Source: Longimicrobiales bacterium
GTDB taxonomy: Bacteria > Gemmatimonadota > Gemmatimonadetes > Longimicrobiales > Gaopeijiaceae
Assembly (NCBI GenBank): GCA_963664435.2
Contig: CAXXKM010000003.1
Coordinates: forward strand, 352,001 to 416,000
Length of the DNA: 64,000 nucleotides
Direction of reading: 5' to 3'
Made by a program: the position numbers and the translations under genes. Below are positions 31,372-41,982 of the stretch, one piece after another. A model generated the notes under the pieces. That model ran no database searches, was not told the DNA's origin, and worked only from the letters and a program-made list of their open reading frames with translations. Within the stretch, counting starts at the first letter, position 1; each line of letters starts with the position of its first letter.

Positions 31372-33774
31372 CTACTGCGGCCGGAGGACTTCCCGAAACA
31401 CCCGAAGGAAGTTGCCGCCGAGCAACTTGGCCAGGTCTTCCTCGCTCCAGCCTCGGGCCCGTAGCCGGGCCGTGAGCCGCACCCAGCGATCGAGAGCGGC
31501 GAGATCAGCGCTTGCGTAGTGGTGCGAACTCGGTTCCCAACCGTCCACGTATGTGTCCGTCGCGATTCCGACGTGGTCGATTCCGACCAGCGACACGATG
31601 TACTCGATGTGGGCGATCATGTCGTCCATGCCGGTGACGCCGTCGCCGTCGGTGTCGAGAAAGAGCCTGATAGGTGTCACCCCGATCACGCCGCCAGTGG
31701 CAGCGATGGCCATCAACTCCTCGTCGGTCTTGTTGCGCTCGTAGGGGTCGTCGGTCAGAGCCTTGGCGTTCGCGTGGTTGGCGAGGATCGGCTTTGTTGA
31801 CGTGGATGCCGCGTCGAGCGTCGTCTGCCGGTTGCAGTGCGAACAGTCCACGACCATCCCCAGTTGGTTCATTTCGGAAATAGCCAGGCGGCCGAGATCC
31901 GTGACGCCGTTCTCGTCTCCCTCCCCCGCGCCGTATCCGAGCCGCTCATCCGGCCCTCTCGCATCCTCTCGGTGACTGCCGTAGGCGATCTGCAAGACCC
32001 GCAAACCCTGGTCATACCAATCGCGCAGGGTTGCAACGTCCCCTCCGAGCTGCCAGCGGCCGGTGGCCGGCCGGGTCTGCAAATACCACATGATTGCAAA
32101 GTCGCCGTCCTCCCGCGCGACCTCGATGTCCGCAAATGTGCGAACGACACGGACGTTGGCGACTCTTCCGTCGCTGAACTGCTCCGGGTAGTTCCCCTGA
32201 CCTGGATTCGTCATGCTCATGTCGATTCCGGTGATTTCCTTGATACCTCCCAGGTCGCGCCGTCCGTCCCCGGGGAAGAGCGTCCTTTCGCAGTCGGCGG
32301 TGCAGTTTGGATCGACCCGGACCCCGACGTTCATGACATCGACGACATGCTGACGCGCGACGAAGTCGGCGGCCCACTCCATATCGATCACCCGAGCGTC
32401 GCACGCTCGTCCAGTGACGGGGCAGAGGTCGAGCTCCAGGCTGTCGAAGTAGGCAAGGCGGTGGGGGATCGCCGAGGTGATGGTGTCCGCCATGCCTTCG
32501 GTGATGCGGTCCCTGCGGTGCCTTACGGCCAGCCAGGCGCTGAAGCTCTCGGCCAGGTCCTCGCGACCGGGGTGATCCCTGGCATAGGTGGAGATGAACG
32601 TGGGATCGGCTGCTTGCGCCGCCAGCCAGCCGGGTGCGTCTGCATGCGCGGAATCAAGCGACGTGTGGACACCTTCGTGTACGAAAATCTCCGGGAGGAT
32701 CTCACGTTCCCGGTATTGTTGGCCGCGATCCGCGTGCACGAGCAGGGAGCGGTTGCCGCCGCCGAACGGCTCGTGGCCCCGGTGTATCCAGACGGCTTCC
32801 ATATCCTCCCGCAGTGCAACCGGAATCTGGCCGATCGCGGGTGCGTAAGCGCGGGCTACCGCCTCGGCCTCCGTCCAGGTACCGAACTCCGGATTGACCT
32901 GAAACTCGGCAAACAGCCCGTTGGCGAAGGTGACGTCGAACAGGTAGGCTTCGATTGTGATCCACCCGTGCCGCCGGTCGTAGACGAACCGCTCGCCACG
33001 GCCAGCCGGCTCGAGACCCACGAAATCAGTCGGATCCGATGGAACAATGACGTCAGGGTCCAGAAAGGCCGTCCCGCGATAAGGCGGAGCGTAGTTCGGA
33101 TTGGCCACGGCGATTCGGGCAGTTCCCTGGGCGCTCCCCGCGGTGCCGGTGATCGTTGTGGTGCCCTCGGCGATGCCGTGCACCAGTCCCGAGGGGTTCA
33201 CCGTCGCGACCGACTCATCACTCGATGTCCAGTTGAACTCCGCGCCTTCCACCCGCCGACCGTTCGCGTCGTACGCCTCCGCAGTCAGGCGCAGGGTGTC
33301 TCCGATGACGATCGTATCCGTGGTGGGCGACACCGTGACCGAATCCGCCGACTGCATCACGACCACGACTGCGGTGCCGGAGGCCGAACCCGCCGCGGTC
33401 ATGATCGTCGCTGTGCCGTTGCGCACGGCCGTCGCCAGCCCGGAAGCGTCCACCGTCGCGACCGAACCGTCGGCGCTCGACCACGTTACCGCAGCCCCCA
33501 CCATTTCCTGTCCATTCTGGTCTCGCACTTCGGCCGAGAACTGCTCCGTCGCACCCAGCGCCGCCAGTTCAGCGGTCGCCGGCGTCACCGCCACCGTCGT
33601 CGCGCGGCGCGCCTCAGGGGGTGGGGGAGAGGGCTCTATGGCTCCGTCGCCGCAAGCGACGGCCCAGCCTGCCATGGCCACCATCGCAAGCACCGGCACG
33701 ATGGTCTGCTGTGGGCTCACTCCATCTCGATGCCCACGAGAAGGCCCGCGGCCACCGATCCCAGCTCGGTTCAT
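31372..33774 (-). CDS. lipoprotein: two Ig-like domains + HExxH domain + membrane dipeptidase (M19) domain
   Basis: WAVAC lipobox; two BIG2 repeats; HEGVH..EDLAES; VDCSH, HANA, RNKTD, HVGIATD, GGNFLRV. Confidence 0.82.
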   Translation of the reverse strand: MNRAGIGGRGPSRGHRDGVSPQQTIVPVLAMVAMAGWAVACGDGAIEPSPPPPEARRATTVAVTPATAELAALGATEQFSAEVRDQNGQEMVGAAVTWSSADGSVATVDASGLATAVRNGTATIMTAAGSASGTAVVVVMQSADSVTVSPTTDTIVIGDTLRLTAEAYDANGRRVEGAEFNWTSSDESVATVNPSGLVHGIAEGTTTITGTAGSAQGTARIAVANPNYAPPYRGTAFLDPDVIVPSDPTDFVGLEPAGRGERFVYDRRHGWITIEAYLFDVTFANGLFAEFQVNPEFGTWTEAEAVARAYAPAIGQIPVALREDMEAVWIHRGHEPFGGGNRSLLVHADRGQQYREREILPEIFVHEGVHTSLDSAHADAPGWLAAQAADPTFISTYARDHPGREDLAESFSAWLAVRHRRDRITEGMADTITSAIPHRLAYFDSLELDLCPVTGRACDARVIDMEWAADFVARQHVVDVMNVGVRVDPNCTADCERTLFPGDGRRDLGGIKEITGIDMSMTNPGQGNYPEQFSDGRVANVRVVRTFADIEVAREDGDFAIMWYLQTRPATGRWQLGGDVATLRDWYDQGLRVLQIAYGSHREDARGPDERLGYGAGEGDENGVTDLGRLAISEMNQLGMVVDCSHCNRQTTLDAASTSTKPILANHANAKALTDDPYERNKTDEELMAIAATGGVIGVTPIRLFLDTDGDGVTGMDDMIAHIEYIVSLVGIDHVGIATDTYVDGWEPSSHHYASADLAALDRWVRLTARLRARGWSEEDLAKLLGGNFLRVFREVLRPQ

Positions 33775-34045
33775 CCCTCAAGTCTCCCTTGGTGGTGCAC
33801 CGGGGAGGTGCCTGGTGCAGGAACCGCGAGAAAGAATAGCATGGGGTGTAAGGAAGCTGCAGGAAAGGACTCGGAGCCTCGGGGCGCGACCTCGGAATGC
33901 CGCGCGTTCAGCGCAATGCTCACAGTGCGACTGTGGTGCCGCTGTACGCTACGCGGCATGGCCGCAATTGTCGTCAAGAGAGACCAACTCTCCGACATCA
34001 CCGGCTCGGCCCGGAGTCGCGGTCCGGCCCGCGCGGCCTCGTCCT

Positions 34046-34709
34046 TTGCGGTTCTTGTCGGAGACGGTACCTGAGCGATAGCGTTCCTCTCCCCCGAACA
34101 GGAACCAGCCATGCCGCCGCGATACTCGAAACCTCCCGGCACCACCTACCAACTCCGAGTCGCTCTCAAGGGGACCAGGCCCCCGATCTGGCGCCGCTTC
34201 CTCGTCTCGCCGTCGATGAAGCTCTCCCGGCTGCACGATGTCCTTCAGGCCGTCATGGGCTGGTACGACAGTCACCTCCACATGTTCATCAAGGGCCGGC
34301 GGCGGTTCATGCTTCCCAACCCCTGGATGGATGACATGAGCCGGTCCGGCGAGCCCCGCTTCCTCGACGAGCGCAAGTACCGGGTCGATCAGCTCCTGAA
34401 GCGGGAGAAGGACTGGATCGAGTATCAGTACGACTTCGGCGACAGCTGGTACCACCGGATCACGCTGCAGAAGATCCTGCTTCGCGACCCCGCGGTACGG
34501 TTGCCGGTATGCATCTCGGGGAAGCGCTCCTGTCCACCCGAGGACTGCGGTGGAGTCTGGCGCTTCTACGAGATGCTGGCCATTCTCGCGGACCCGGAGC
34601 ACGAGGAATACGAGGAGATGGCGGAGTGGCTGGACCCGGACTTCGACCCTGAGGCGTTCAACGTCAAAGACGTCAACGAGACCCTCCGGGCGATGTTCGG
34701 CCGATGACG
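34046..34709 (+). repeat. ~665-bp direct repeat, copy 2
   Basis: near-identical to 26143-26807. Confidence 0.92.
34111..34707 (+). CDS. plasmid pRiA4b ORF-3 family protein (duplicate)
   Basis: differs from the 26209 copy at only about 5 of 198 residues. Confidence 0.9.
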   Translation: MPPRYSKPPGTTYQLRVALKGTRPPIWRRFLVSPSMKLSRLHDVLQAVMGWYDSHLHMFIKGRRRFMLPNPWMDDMSRSGEPRFLDERKYRVDQLLKREKDWIEYQYDFGDSWYHRITLQKILLRDPAVRLPVCISGKRSCPPEDCGGVWRFYEMLAILADPEHEEYEEMAEWLDPDFDPEAFNVKDVNETLRAMFGR

Positions 34710-34770
34710 GTGGAGGATCGCGGGCAGGGCCGTGCGGTGCGAAGTGGACCTGCCCAGTTCTCGCGGACGG

Positions 34771-35718
34771 CTAAGCCCCCGATCTCCCCGGCTCCCGCGC
34801 ACCGTTCTCGACGAGCAGCTTCTCGCGTGCCTCATGATGGTTCCGGATGGCCCAGTCGAGCTGGTAGTCGAGCACCCGGCCCTTCCCCGACCGCCAGTTG
34901 ATCCGGTGCTCACAATTGAGCCCGTATTCAAGCAGCATTTCGAGGCAGCGGTCGTCGCGACTGAACATCCGGTTGTAGAGCGCCTGGCCGTCGTTGGGAT
35001 CAGCGCCCGCGTCGAGCAGGAGCCGGGCGAACTCCTTCCACTCCGGGTGCGGCGGCTGGTTGGCCGGGCCCTGCTCGCCCTCGCCGAAGGCTCCCGTCAG
35101 CGCGGTGAACCGGCAGTCACCGCCCCACATGTAGAAGGCATTTGGAGTCGCGCCGCGCTCGACGAGAAGGCGCGCCGTTGCGAGTGTCGACCGGTCAGGC
35201 AGATCGAGCCGGGAGTATGCGGCATAGAGCAGCGGCTCCCAGTCGAACCACCCGCCCCGAGCCTCAATGAGAGAGGGGTCGGCGTCGAGTATTCGCTCCA
35301 TCTCGTCCTTCTCGCCCACACATGCGGCGTGCCAGATGTCGCGCACGGCCAGTGATGGGTCGCTCAAGAGCATTTCGCGGGCCCGCCGCCGGAAGACCGG
35401 CCGATCATGGTGGTAGTTCAGGCACGCGAGGTGGAGGAAGTCCGCCTCTTCGGCGGGGACGGGCTGGTCGACGTGGGTCTCAAGTTGCCGCCAGGTGAGG
35501 AACCCGTAGCGGTGGGCGATCCGTTGGCGGGCGAGGCCGTCCGGGAGCCCCAGCGCGGTCGCCTCCTGCTCGATGGCCGGCAGGGTTGTGGGGGTGGGGA
35601 GGAAGTGGAGGGCAAGTGCCGCGGAGTTGCCGGGTTGGTCGCTCATGTGGCCAGCGTGCGACAGGTCGGCCGGTGACGCAAGGGAGCTCGCAGGGTTGCC
35701 GCCATCAGGGTTACTCAC
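34771..35718 (-). CDS. ankyrin-repeat domain protein
   Basis: WEPLLYAAYS, LLVERGA.PN, LLLDAGADPNDGQALYN; start uncertain. Confidence 0.8.
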   Translation of the reverse strand: MSNPDGGNPASSLASPADLSHAGHMSDQPGNSAALALHFLPTPTTLPAIEQEATALGLPDGLARQRIAHRYGFLTWRQLETHVDQPVPAEEADFLHLACLNYHHDRPVFRRRAREMLLSDPSLAVRDIWHAACVGEKDEMERILDADPSLIEARGGWFDWEPLLYAAYSRLDLPDRSTLATARLLVERGATPNAFYMWGGDCRFTALTGAFGEGEQGPANQPPHPEWKEFARLLLDAGADPNDGQALYNRMFSRDDRCLEMLLEYGLNCEHRINWRSGKGRVLDYQLDWAIRNHHEAREKLLVENGAREPGRSGA

Positions 35719-38700
35719 CCAGCAAGCCGGAGGACCCGCCCCTGACGTCGTCCGGCACTCGCAGCAGAGACCCTTCGCGCAGGATCGTGCCCCGCTTCAC
35801 CAGCTCGTCCAGTACTTGCCGGAAGCGTCCTACGATCTTGGGGCCGGATCTCTTGAAGCCGAAGATGCGGATCGCCTCCCCTGCCGCGTCGGCGGGCCTG
35901 ATGCCGTAGCTCACCCGGACGGCGTGCACCAGGGCGGTCCCGACTTCCTCGGAGGCGATGCGGGCGGGGTTGCGGAGGGACGAAGGGATGTCGCCATCCC
36001 GGCGCCGTACCTCGACGGCTTCGTGCTCGAGCCGCCAGAGGAAGTCGTGCTTGTCGATCCTGTATAGTCTCCGCCTCGCGCCCGCCGTTACGCCCAGTCG
36101 CATCTGCGCACGGATGCGGGAGCCGGCGCGTCCCACCCCGGCAGCCTTGCGGATCCGGAGGATCACCTCGTCGAAGTGAACCGGGCTCTCCAACTGCACC
36201 ACCTGGGCGATCCACTTCGCCAGCCGGCCAGCGGGGATCTCGTGGAGCGGCGTGCTGAGGAAGCCGATGCCGGGTCGGGCCACTCTGTAGGGAGCCGTGG
36301 GCGCGGGAATCTCCGGTTCGGGCTCGGGCACGCACTCGAGGGGCTTCGGGGGCGAGGGCTTCGGCGCGGGCCGTGGCGCGCCGCTCATTCTCGCGGATCG
36401 GACCGCCGCCGCGACCCGTTCGAGTTCCTGCTGCGGGTTGCGGAACCAGTCGGTGCTCCAGATGCGGTGGATACGCCAGCCCAGCCCCTCCAACACCTGC
36501 TGCCTCAGGCGGTCCCGGTCGCGGGCGGAACGGGAGCTGTGGTAGGTGGCGCCGTCGCATTCGATGCCCAGGAGGTAGCGTCCGGGACGCTCGGGGTCGA
36601 CCACCGCCAGGTCGACGAAGAACCCGGCCGATCCCACCTGGTGGTCGACGTCGTGGCCCAGGGCGCGCAGCCGGGCGGCGACCGCTTCCTCGAACGGGGA
36701 ATCGGCCTCTTTTCCGCTCGCCTCGGGGACGTCGATGACTCCGTGTTGCGCGTACTCCAGGAAGGTCTTGAGCGCCCGCACGCCCCTCGCGCCGGAGCGC
36801 CTGAGGTCCAGATCCGCGCCGACGAAGTTGCAGTAGACGATGCAGCGCCGGCGGGCCCGGGTGATGAGCACGTTCAGGCGCCGCTCGCCCCCGTCGCGGT
36901 TGAGCGGTCCGAAGTTCATCGGCAGATAGGCGCCGTCGATCTTGCCGTAGCCGATGCTGATGAGGATCACGTCGCGCTCGTCTCCCTGGACGTTCTCCAG
37001 GTTCTTGACGAAGAAGGGCTCCTCGGGATGGGCGGCGAAGAACTCCTCGTGCGAGGGATCGCGGCGGCGCAGGATGTCGGCCTCGTCCTCGATGCGGCGG
37101 GCCTGGACGTTGCTGAAGGCCGCGACGCCCAGGGTGAGCTCGGGGGTCTCGCGGGCGTGCTTCATGACGGCCTGCGCGATCGTCTTCGCCTCGGCGGTGT
37201 TGATGCCCCGGCGCTGGTAGTCGGCGTCGGGATCGTGGCGGAAGAGGAGGCCGGTGTCGACCTTGCCGGCGTCGGGGCTCGGGAAGACCACCAGGCGATT
37301 GTCGTAGAACTCGTGGTTCGACACCGCGATCAGCGACTCGTGGCGGCTGCGGTAGTGCCAGCGGAGCATCCTCTCGCGGGCCCCCTGGGCGCAGAACATG
37401 CCCAGGATGCTTTCCAGGTCGGCGGTCCGGCTCGCCTCCTCTTCCCCGCCGTCGGCCATGCGGTCGAAGAAGCTGGTCGGCGGCAACTGTTTGCTGTCGC
37501 CCACCACGACCGTCTGCCTGCCCCGGATGATGGCCCCGAGGGCTTCGACCGGCCGGACCTGGCTCGCCTCGTCGAACACCACCAGGTCGAAGGCGACCGA
37601 CCCGGGCGGAATGTACTTGGCGATCGAGAGCGGGCTCATCATCAAGACCGGCTTGATGCTCTGGACCGCCCGGCCCGCCTCCCGCATGAGCCGGCGGACG
37701 GCCAGGTGGCGGGTCTTCTTCTGGAACTCCCGCCTGAGGACGCCCAGCTGGCCTCCGCCTTGGTGGCGCGGAAGCTGCTCCCAGTGGCGCTCGGCGATGA
37801 CCGCCCGGTTGCGGTGGAACTGCGCCATGTCCAGCTCGCGGAAGCGGTCGATGAGCCCCCCGTGGGTCGCCCCGTCGAACCGCGCCAGCGCCTCCTGTTC
37901 GCGGAAGGCCGCGTCCAGCCAGGCGGCGTAGCAGGCGTGCTCGAAGAGGGCGGCGAGCCGGCGGTCCGCGTCCGGGCGTGACGCCGCAGCTCCGGCCACT
38001 TCCGGGATGCGCATTTCGGCGGCCTGCTTCTCCAGCTGGTTGAAGCGCACCACGTCGTACATGGAGGGAACGCGGTTGAGCGCGGCCCTGAGCCAGGCAT
38101 CCAGGGCACCACAGGCGCGCTCCTCCAGTGACTCGCCGGGGTCCAGCCGCTCCGGCCGCAGCTCCATCACATCGGCGAGGGCGTCCAGCGCTTCCGCCAG
38201 CGCCTCCATCGCGCGTTCGCAGGCGTCGGCGGCGGCGCGGAGTTCGGCCGGGTCGGAGGGATCAGCGGAGGGCGGGCCCGCCGCGTACCCGGAGCGAGGC
38301 TCGCCGGAGTGTCCATGCAGGCGGTCCAGCAGGTCGTGTATCTCGTCGCCCACGAGCCCTGCGGCCTCGTCGCGATGCAGCTGCACCAGCCAGGCCGCGG
38401 CCTCCGCGAAGGCGCGGTGCTTCTCGGCCCGGTCGCCCAGGCTCAGCCCCGGGCACAACCGGCCGATCAGGTCCCCCGCTTCCTCGACTTCCCGCCGCAG
38501 GCGCCCCGCCTCCAGGATGGCGTCCACCAGCTCGAGCTGCTCCCGGACGGCGCCGGGCATCTCCCCTCGGCAGAGCCCCGCGAGCCTCCTGCGCGCGGCC
38601 CGGAACGGAACGGACAGGAAGCGCCACCACTTGCCGCCGTAGGCGCGCAGGGCCTGACGCTCCGCGAGCACATTCTCGTCCCAGGCCTCGGGGATGAGGA

Positions 38701-40612
38701 CGGCATCGTGCCGCGAGCGGAGCTCGGCGAAGGAGCGGGCGACCTCGGCCACCTCCTCGATGCGCGCGGCCTCGGCGACCCAACCCGGGCTGCGCTGATC
38801 GGCCTCCCCGAGCGCCGGAGCGTCCAGGGCCGTGCGCACGGTGCGGATCATCCGCTCCACGTCCGCGGGCTTCTGCTCCCCGAACGTCCTGTCGCGGCCG
38901 AGCCGCCCGATCAGCTCCTCCGCCTCCCCTCCCAGGCGGCGCAACGCCCCCGATGCGGCCTCCAGGACGTGGCGCACGGCATGCTCGTCGGTGGGCACGA
39001 AGTGGAGCCGGCCGCACGGCCACCACACGTGTTTGCACGGAACGCCGATCGCGCGCACCAGCTCCTGGAGCTCGCGCGCCACCTCGCGCCGGCGAATGAA
39101 CTGCTCGTCGCTCCACGACACCGAGTCCCCGATCGGGAGCCCCGGGCCGTCGACCTCCAGCCCATCCTCCCTCAGCTGCGCCAGACGGCCGACCAGGTCG
39201 TGCGGGGTCAGGCCGCTCCGTCCGACCGGCGAGTTGACCGCGCGCGCGTAGTCGTTCAGGCGATCCCGGGCCTCCTCGAGCAGCACCCCGTCCCCGGTCC
39301 CGCGCTCGACCTTCGGCCGGCCCATCGCCAGCGTGCGCTTCAGCTCGTCCAGCACGACGCGCTTGTTGGTCTTGTGGCTGTGCAGCTCCAGGCAGGCGTC
39401 GCCCAGGTGGATCGCGTCCAGGCGCCGCTTCACGACCTCCAGGGCGGCCATCTTCTCCGCCACGAAGAGGACCGTGCGACCGCCGGCCAGCGCCTCGCCG
39501 ATCAGGTTGGTGATGGTCTGCGACTTCCCGGTGCCCGGAGGCCCCTGGATCACCAGGTTGCGGCCCTGGATCGCGTCCAGAACCGCGAGCGTCTGCGAGC
39601 TGTCCGCGTCCATCACCGGATGGAGACCCGCCACCCCCTCGGCATCGTCGATGTGCTCGTCCTCGCCGATGTCGGGCGGCCCCGGCGCGAATCCGTCGCC
39701 GCCGAAGAGCTGCTGCACCAGCGGGTGATCGGCCGGCCGGCCTCCTTCCGGCCAGGTCTCGGCATCGAGGTCCTTGTAGATGAGCAGCTTGCTGAAGGAG
39801 AAGAAGTTCAGATGGACCTCGTCGTGCTCGACCGCCCAGCGCTCCCTGCGCGCGACCGCCTTCCCGACCCGCGACAGGTAGTCGTCCACGTCGAGATCTT
39901 CCTCGGCCGGCATCTCCGGCAACCGGATGCCGAAGTCCTGCTTGAGCTTGGCCTCGAGCGAGAGGTTCGCCTCGATGTCGTCCCCGGTCCACCTGAGCTT
40001 GAAGCTCTCCCGCACGCCGGATCTGTCGAGTTGCACCGGGATCAGGATCAGCGGCGCGCGGCGCGCGGTGCCGCTGCTCTCGGACTCGTACCAGCGGAGG
40101 ATCCCGAGGGCTAGATAGAGGATGTTGACCCCCTGTTCCTCGATCGAGAGGCGGGCCTGACGGAAGGTCTCGCGCAGGCGCAGATTGAGCGCGGCGCGGG
40201 CAAGCGCCGTCTGGAGCTTGTTGTCGGTGTGGCGCGCGGCGGCTCCGTCGGGGTCGTCGTCGGGCTCGCCCAGCATGGCGAGGAGCTCGGAGGGGACGTC
40301 GTCGAGGTCGTCCGTGGCATCGATGTCGTGCCTGGCGTTGAGGGCGTCCGTGGCCGGCTGTCCGGTTGCCGGGATCGCCGTCTCCGCGGAGGCGGGCAGG
40401 AAGTACATGACCCGCGGGCTCCGGGACGAGGATCCGTCGGGCACGGGACCGCCCACGAGGATCCGGAAGAGCTCGCGCGAGCGCTCGTCCACGACCTCTA
40501 TGCCGCGCCGCTTCGTCGGGCGGAAGTTGAGCAGCGGGTTCGTGAGGGAGAGATCGAGGACGTCGCGGCGGGATTTCTCGAGTTCCTGCCGGATCGAGGA
40601 GAGGTCGGTCAT
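35711..40612 (-). CDS. DUF4011 - SF1 (Upf1-like) helicase - very-short-patch-like REase - DUF3320 protein (Hhe-type defence)
   Basis: LDLSLTNPLLNF, QGPPGTGKSQTI, FDEASQ, GDSKQLPP, VQGDERD, NVLITRAR, IECDGATYH..RDRDRLRQ, RIWSTDW. Confidence 0.9.
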   Translation of the reverse strand: MTDLSSIRQELEKSRRDVLDLSLTNPLLNFRPTKRRGIEVVDERSRELFRILVGGPVPDGSSSRSPRVMYFLPASAETAIPATGQPATDALNARHDIDATDDLDDVPSELLAMLGEPDDDPDGAAARHTDNKLQTALARAALNLRLRETFRQARLSIEEQGVNILYLALGILRWYESESSGTARRAPLILIPVQLDRSGVRESFKLRWTGDDIEANLSLEAKLKQDFGIRLPEMPAEEDLDVDDYLSRVGKAVARRERWAVEHDEVHLNFFSFSKLLIYKDLDAETWPEGGRPADHPLVQQLFGGDGFAPGPPDIGEDEHIDDAEGVAGLHPVMDADSSQTLAVLDAIQGRNLVIQGPPGTGKSQTITNLIGEALAGGRTVLFVAEKMAALEVVKRRLDAIHLGDACLELHSHKTNKRVVLDELKRTLAMGRPKVERGTGDGVLLEEARDRLNDYARAVNSPVGRSGLTPHDLVGRLAQLREDGLEVDGPGLPIGDSVSWSDEQFIRRREVARELQELVRAIGVPCKHVWWPCGRLHFVPTDEHAVRHVLEAASGALRRLGGEAEELIGRLGRDRTFGEQKPADVERMIRTVRTALDAPALGEADQRSPGWVAEAARIEEVAEVARSFAELRSRHDAVLIPEAWDENVLAERQALRAYGGKWWRFLSVPFRAARRRLAGLCRGEMPGAVREQLELVDAILEAGRLRREVEEAGDLIGRLCPGLSLGDRAEKHRAFAEAAAWLVQLHRDEAAGLVGDEIHDLLDRLHGHSGEPRSGYAAGPPSADPSDPAELRAAADACERAMEALAEALDALADVMELRPERLDPGESLEERACGALDAWLRAALNRVPSMYDVVRFNQLEKQAAEMRIPEVAGAAASRPDADRRLAALFEHACYAAWLDAAFREQEALARFDGATHGGLIDRFRELDMAQFHRNRAVIAERHWEQLPRHQGGGQLGVLRREFQKKTRHLAVRRLMREAGRAVQSIKPVLMMSPLSIAKYIPPGSVAFDLVVFDEASQVRPVEALGAIIRGRQTVVVGDSKQLPPTSFFDRMADGGEEEASRTADLESILGMFCAQGARERMLRWHYRSRHESLIAVSNHEFYDNRLVVFPSPDAGKVDTGLLFRHDPDADYQRRGINTAEAKTIAQAVMKHARETPELTLGVAAFSNVQARRIEDEADILRRRDPSHEEFFAAHPEEPFFVKNLENVQGDERDVILISIGYGKIDGAYLPMNFGPLNRDGGERRLNVLITRARRRCIVYCNFVGADLDLRRSGARGVRALKTFLEYAQHGVIDVPEASGKEADSPFEEAVAARLRALGHDVDHQVGSAGFFVDLAVVDPERPGRYLLGIECDGATYHSSRSARDRDRLRQQVLEGLGWRIHRIWSTDWFRNPQQELERVAAAVRSARMSGAPRPAPKPSPPKPLECVPEPEPEIPAPTAPYRVARPGIGFLSTPLHEIPAGRLAKWIAQVVQLESPVHFDEVILRIRKAAGVGRAGSRIRAQMRLGVTAGARRRLYRIDKHDFLWRLEHEAVEVRRRDGDIPSSLRNPARIASEEVGTALVHAVRVSYGIRPADAAGEAIRIFGFKRSGPKIVGRFRQVLDELVKRGTILREGSLLRVPDDVRGGSSGLLGE

Positions 40613-40950
40613 GGGCGGGGGGGGGGGGTCGGGCAGGCCGGGCGGCGGGACGGGAGGCTGTACCGGTCGTTGGCCGGTCTGACGGGGGGCGTGGGAGAGG
40701 GACGGTGGGGAGGGTGCAGGGATTGGGGTTCGGGGCGCAAGGGTGGCGGGAGGGGTTAAGGGCTGTAATGCGGATAGTCGTCGTGGTATCCCAACGTTCC
40801 TTACCCTCTCGGGGTTAGCCAAGAAAGTCATGTCTACATCACATGATGTAATGTTGACATGATATATCTGCTCCTCGGGTGCGGCGCTCGGCGGCGACTA
40901 CTGGCTGGAACCGGACGAATCCGAGTGGTCAGTCAGCGCTTGAGGGGGCT

Positions 40951-41163
40951 TCAAAGGAGTTCGCTGAAATGCCGTTCAGTAAGGCCGGCGTCTTGAACGA
41001 TGCCGCCCATCGTGAAGGCATTGACCGGATTGTTGCGCGGAACCGTAAGGATACCCTCGCCATCGGTCATGACGATGTGCTTGCCTTGGCGAGCGACCCG
41101 GAAGCCCGCCTTCTCAAGCGCTCACACGGCCCGGAGGTGGTTGACACCGGGTATCCTGGGCAC
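40951..41163 (-). pseudogene. hicA: hicA toxin with internal TGA at codon 14
   Basis: MPRIPGVNHLRAV*ALEKAGFRVARQGKHIVMTDGEGILTVPRNNPVNAFTMGGIVQDAGL; directly downstream of hicB. Confidence 0.85.
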
Positions 41164-41166
41164 GGC

Positions 41167-41364
41167 CTATACGGCGACCTCGATCTCGCGGATTTCCATG
41201 CCAGCGGCATTCTCGACTGCCACTTCCATGTACTCGCGGACCGCATCCGCGATGTTCGCCAGGGCTTCCTCTTCCGTCGTCCCTTGGGACGCGCAACCCG
41301 GGACGCCTAGAACCCAGACGGAGAATCCCTCTTCGGACTCTTCAAGGGCTACCCGGTATTTCAT
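41167..41364 (-). CDS. hicB: HicB-family antitoxin
   Basis: close paralog of 27928-28134, including the upstream region. Confidence 0.87.
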   Translation of the reverse strand: MKYRVALEESEEGFSVWVLGVPGCASQGTTEEEALANIADAVREYMEVAVENAAGMEIREIEVAV

Positions 41365-41555
41365 CGTCCACCTCCAGGGTCATCCAGATCCAAGGCCTTC
41401 AACGAACGTTTCAATCTAGCGTCTTCAGGCGTAGCCCGCGCTGTTCACCCCCTCATGCGGAATCGTCGCAGACCGCCGCTCCGTTTGCTTGTCGGAGGCA
41501 GTGTCGTGCGATAGCGTTTGGGCGACAACTGATCACGCTGCAGGAGGCACGGGGA

Positions 41556-41829
41556 ATGGCGGGAAAGAGACGGCGGTTCACGCCGGAGTTCAAGGCGCGG
41601 GTTGCGCTGGAAGCGCGACAGCGTGCAGGAGACCGCCGCGCGGCCCGAAATCCATCCGACCCAGGTGAGCCGCTGGAAGCGGAAGCTGACCGAAGGACTG
41701 CCCGAGGTGTCGTCCGGGGACGCGGGCCGCAAGCTCGCCGAGGAGCGCGAGGCGGAGATCCGGGACTTGGAGACCAGGATCGAGAAACTCACGGACCAGC
41801 GGGATTCCCTTTCAGCGCGTGCTGGATAG
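41556..41829 (+). pseudogene. IS3-family transposase OrfA remnant (frameshifted)
   Basis: KRRRFTPEFKARVALEA then a shift to ..IHPTQVSRWKRKL..EIRDL...IEKLT; no OrfB. Confidence 0.8.
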
Positions 41830-41982
41830 CTGATGCAGGGTGCCGTGGGCGGCATCTCTGGAATGGGCAGCTTCAGCCGCATCTGCATGCGGGATACGGG
41901 TTCCACCGGTCTCCGTCCTGACGGTGGTGGATCCGGAGGGACGTGAGGGGCTGGTGAGCTTGTCAACGGGTCTTACTCGACC

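Noticed and set aside
40613..40760. G-rich run and Pro-rich N-terminal extension of the DUF4011 ORF
   Set aside because: Low-complexity sequence upstream of the likely start at 40612; no support for coding function.
41122..41124. TGA in hicA as selenocysteine or readthrough
   Set aside because: The position fits an Arg CGA-to-TGA change, and no SECIS-like hairpin is evident.
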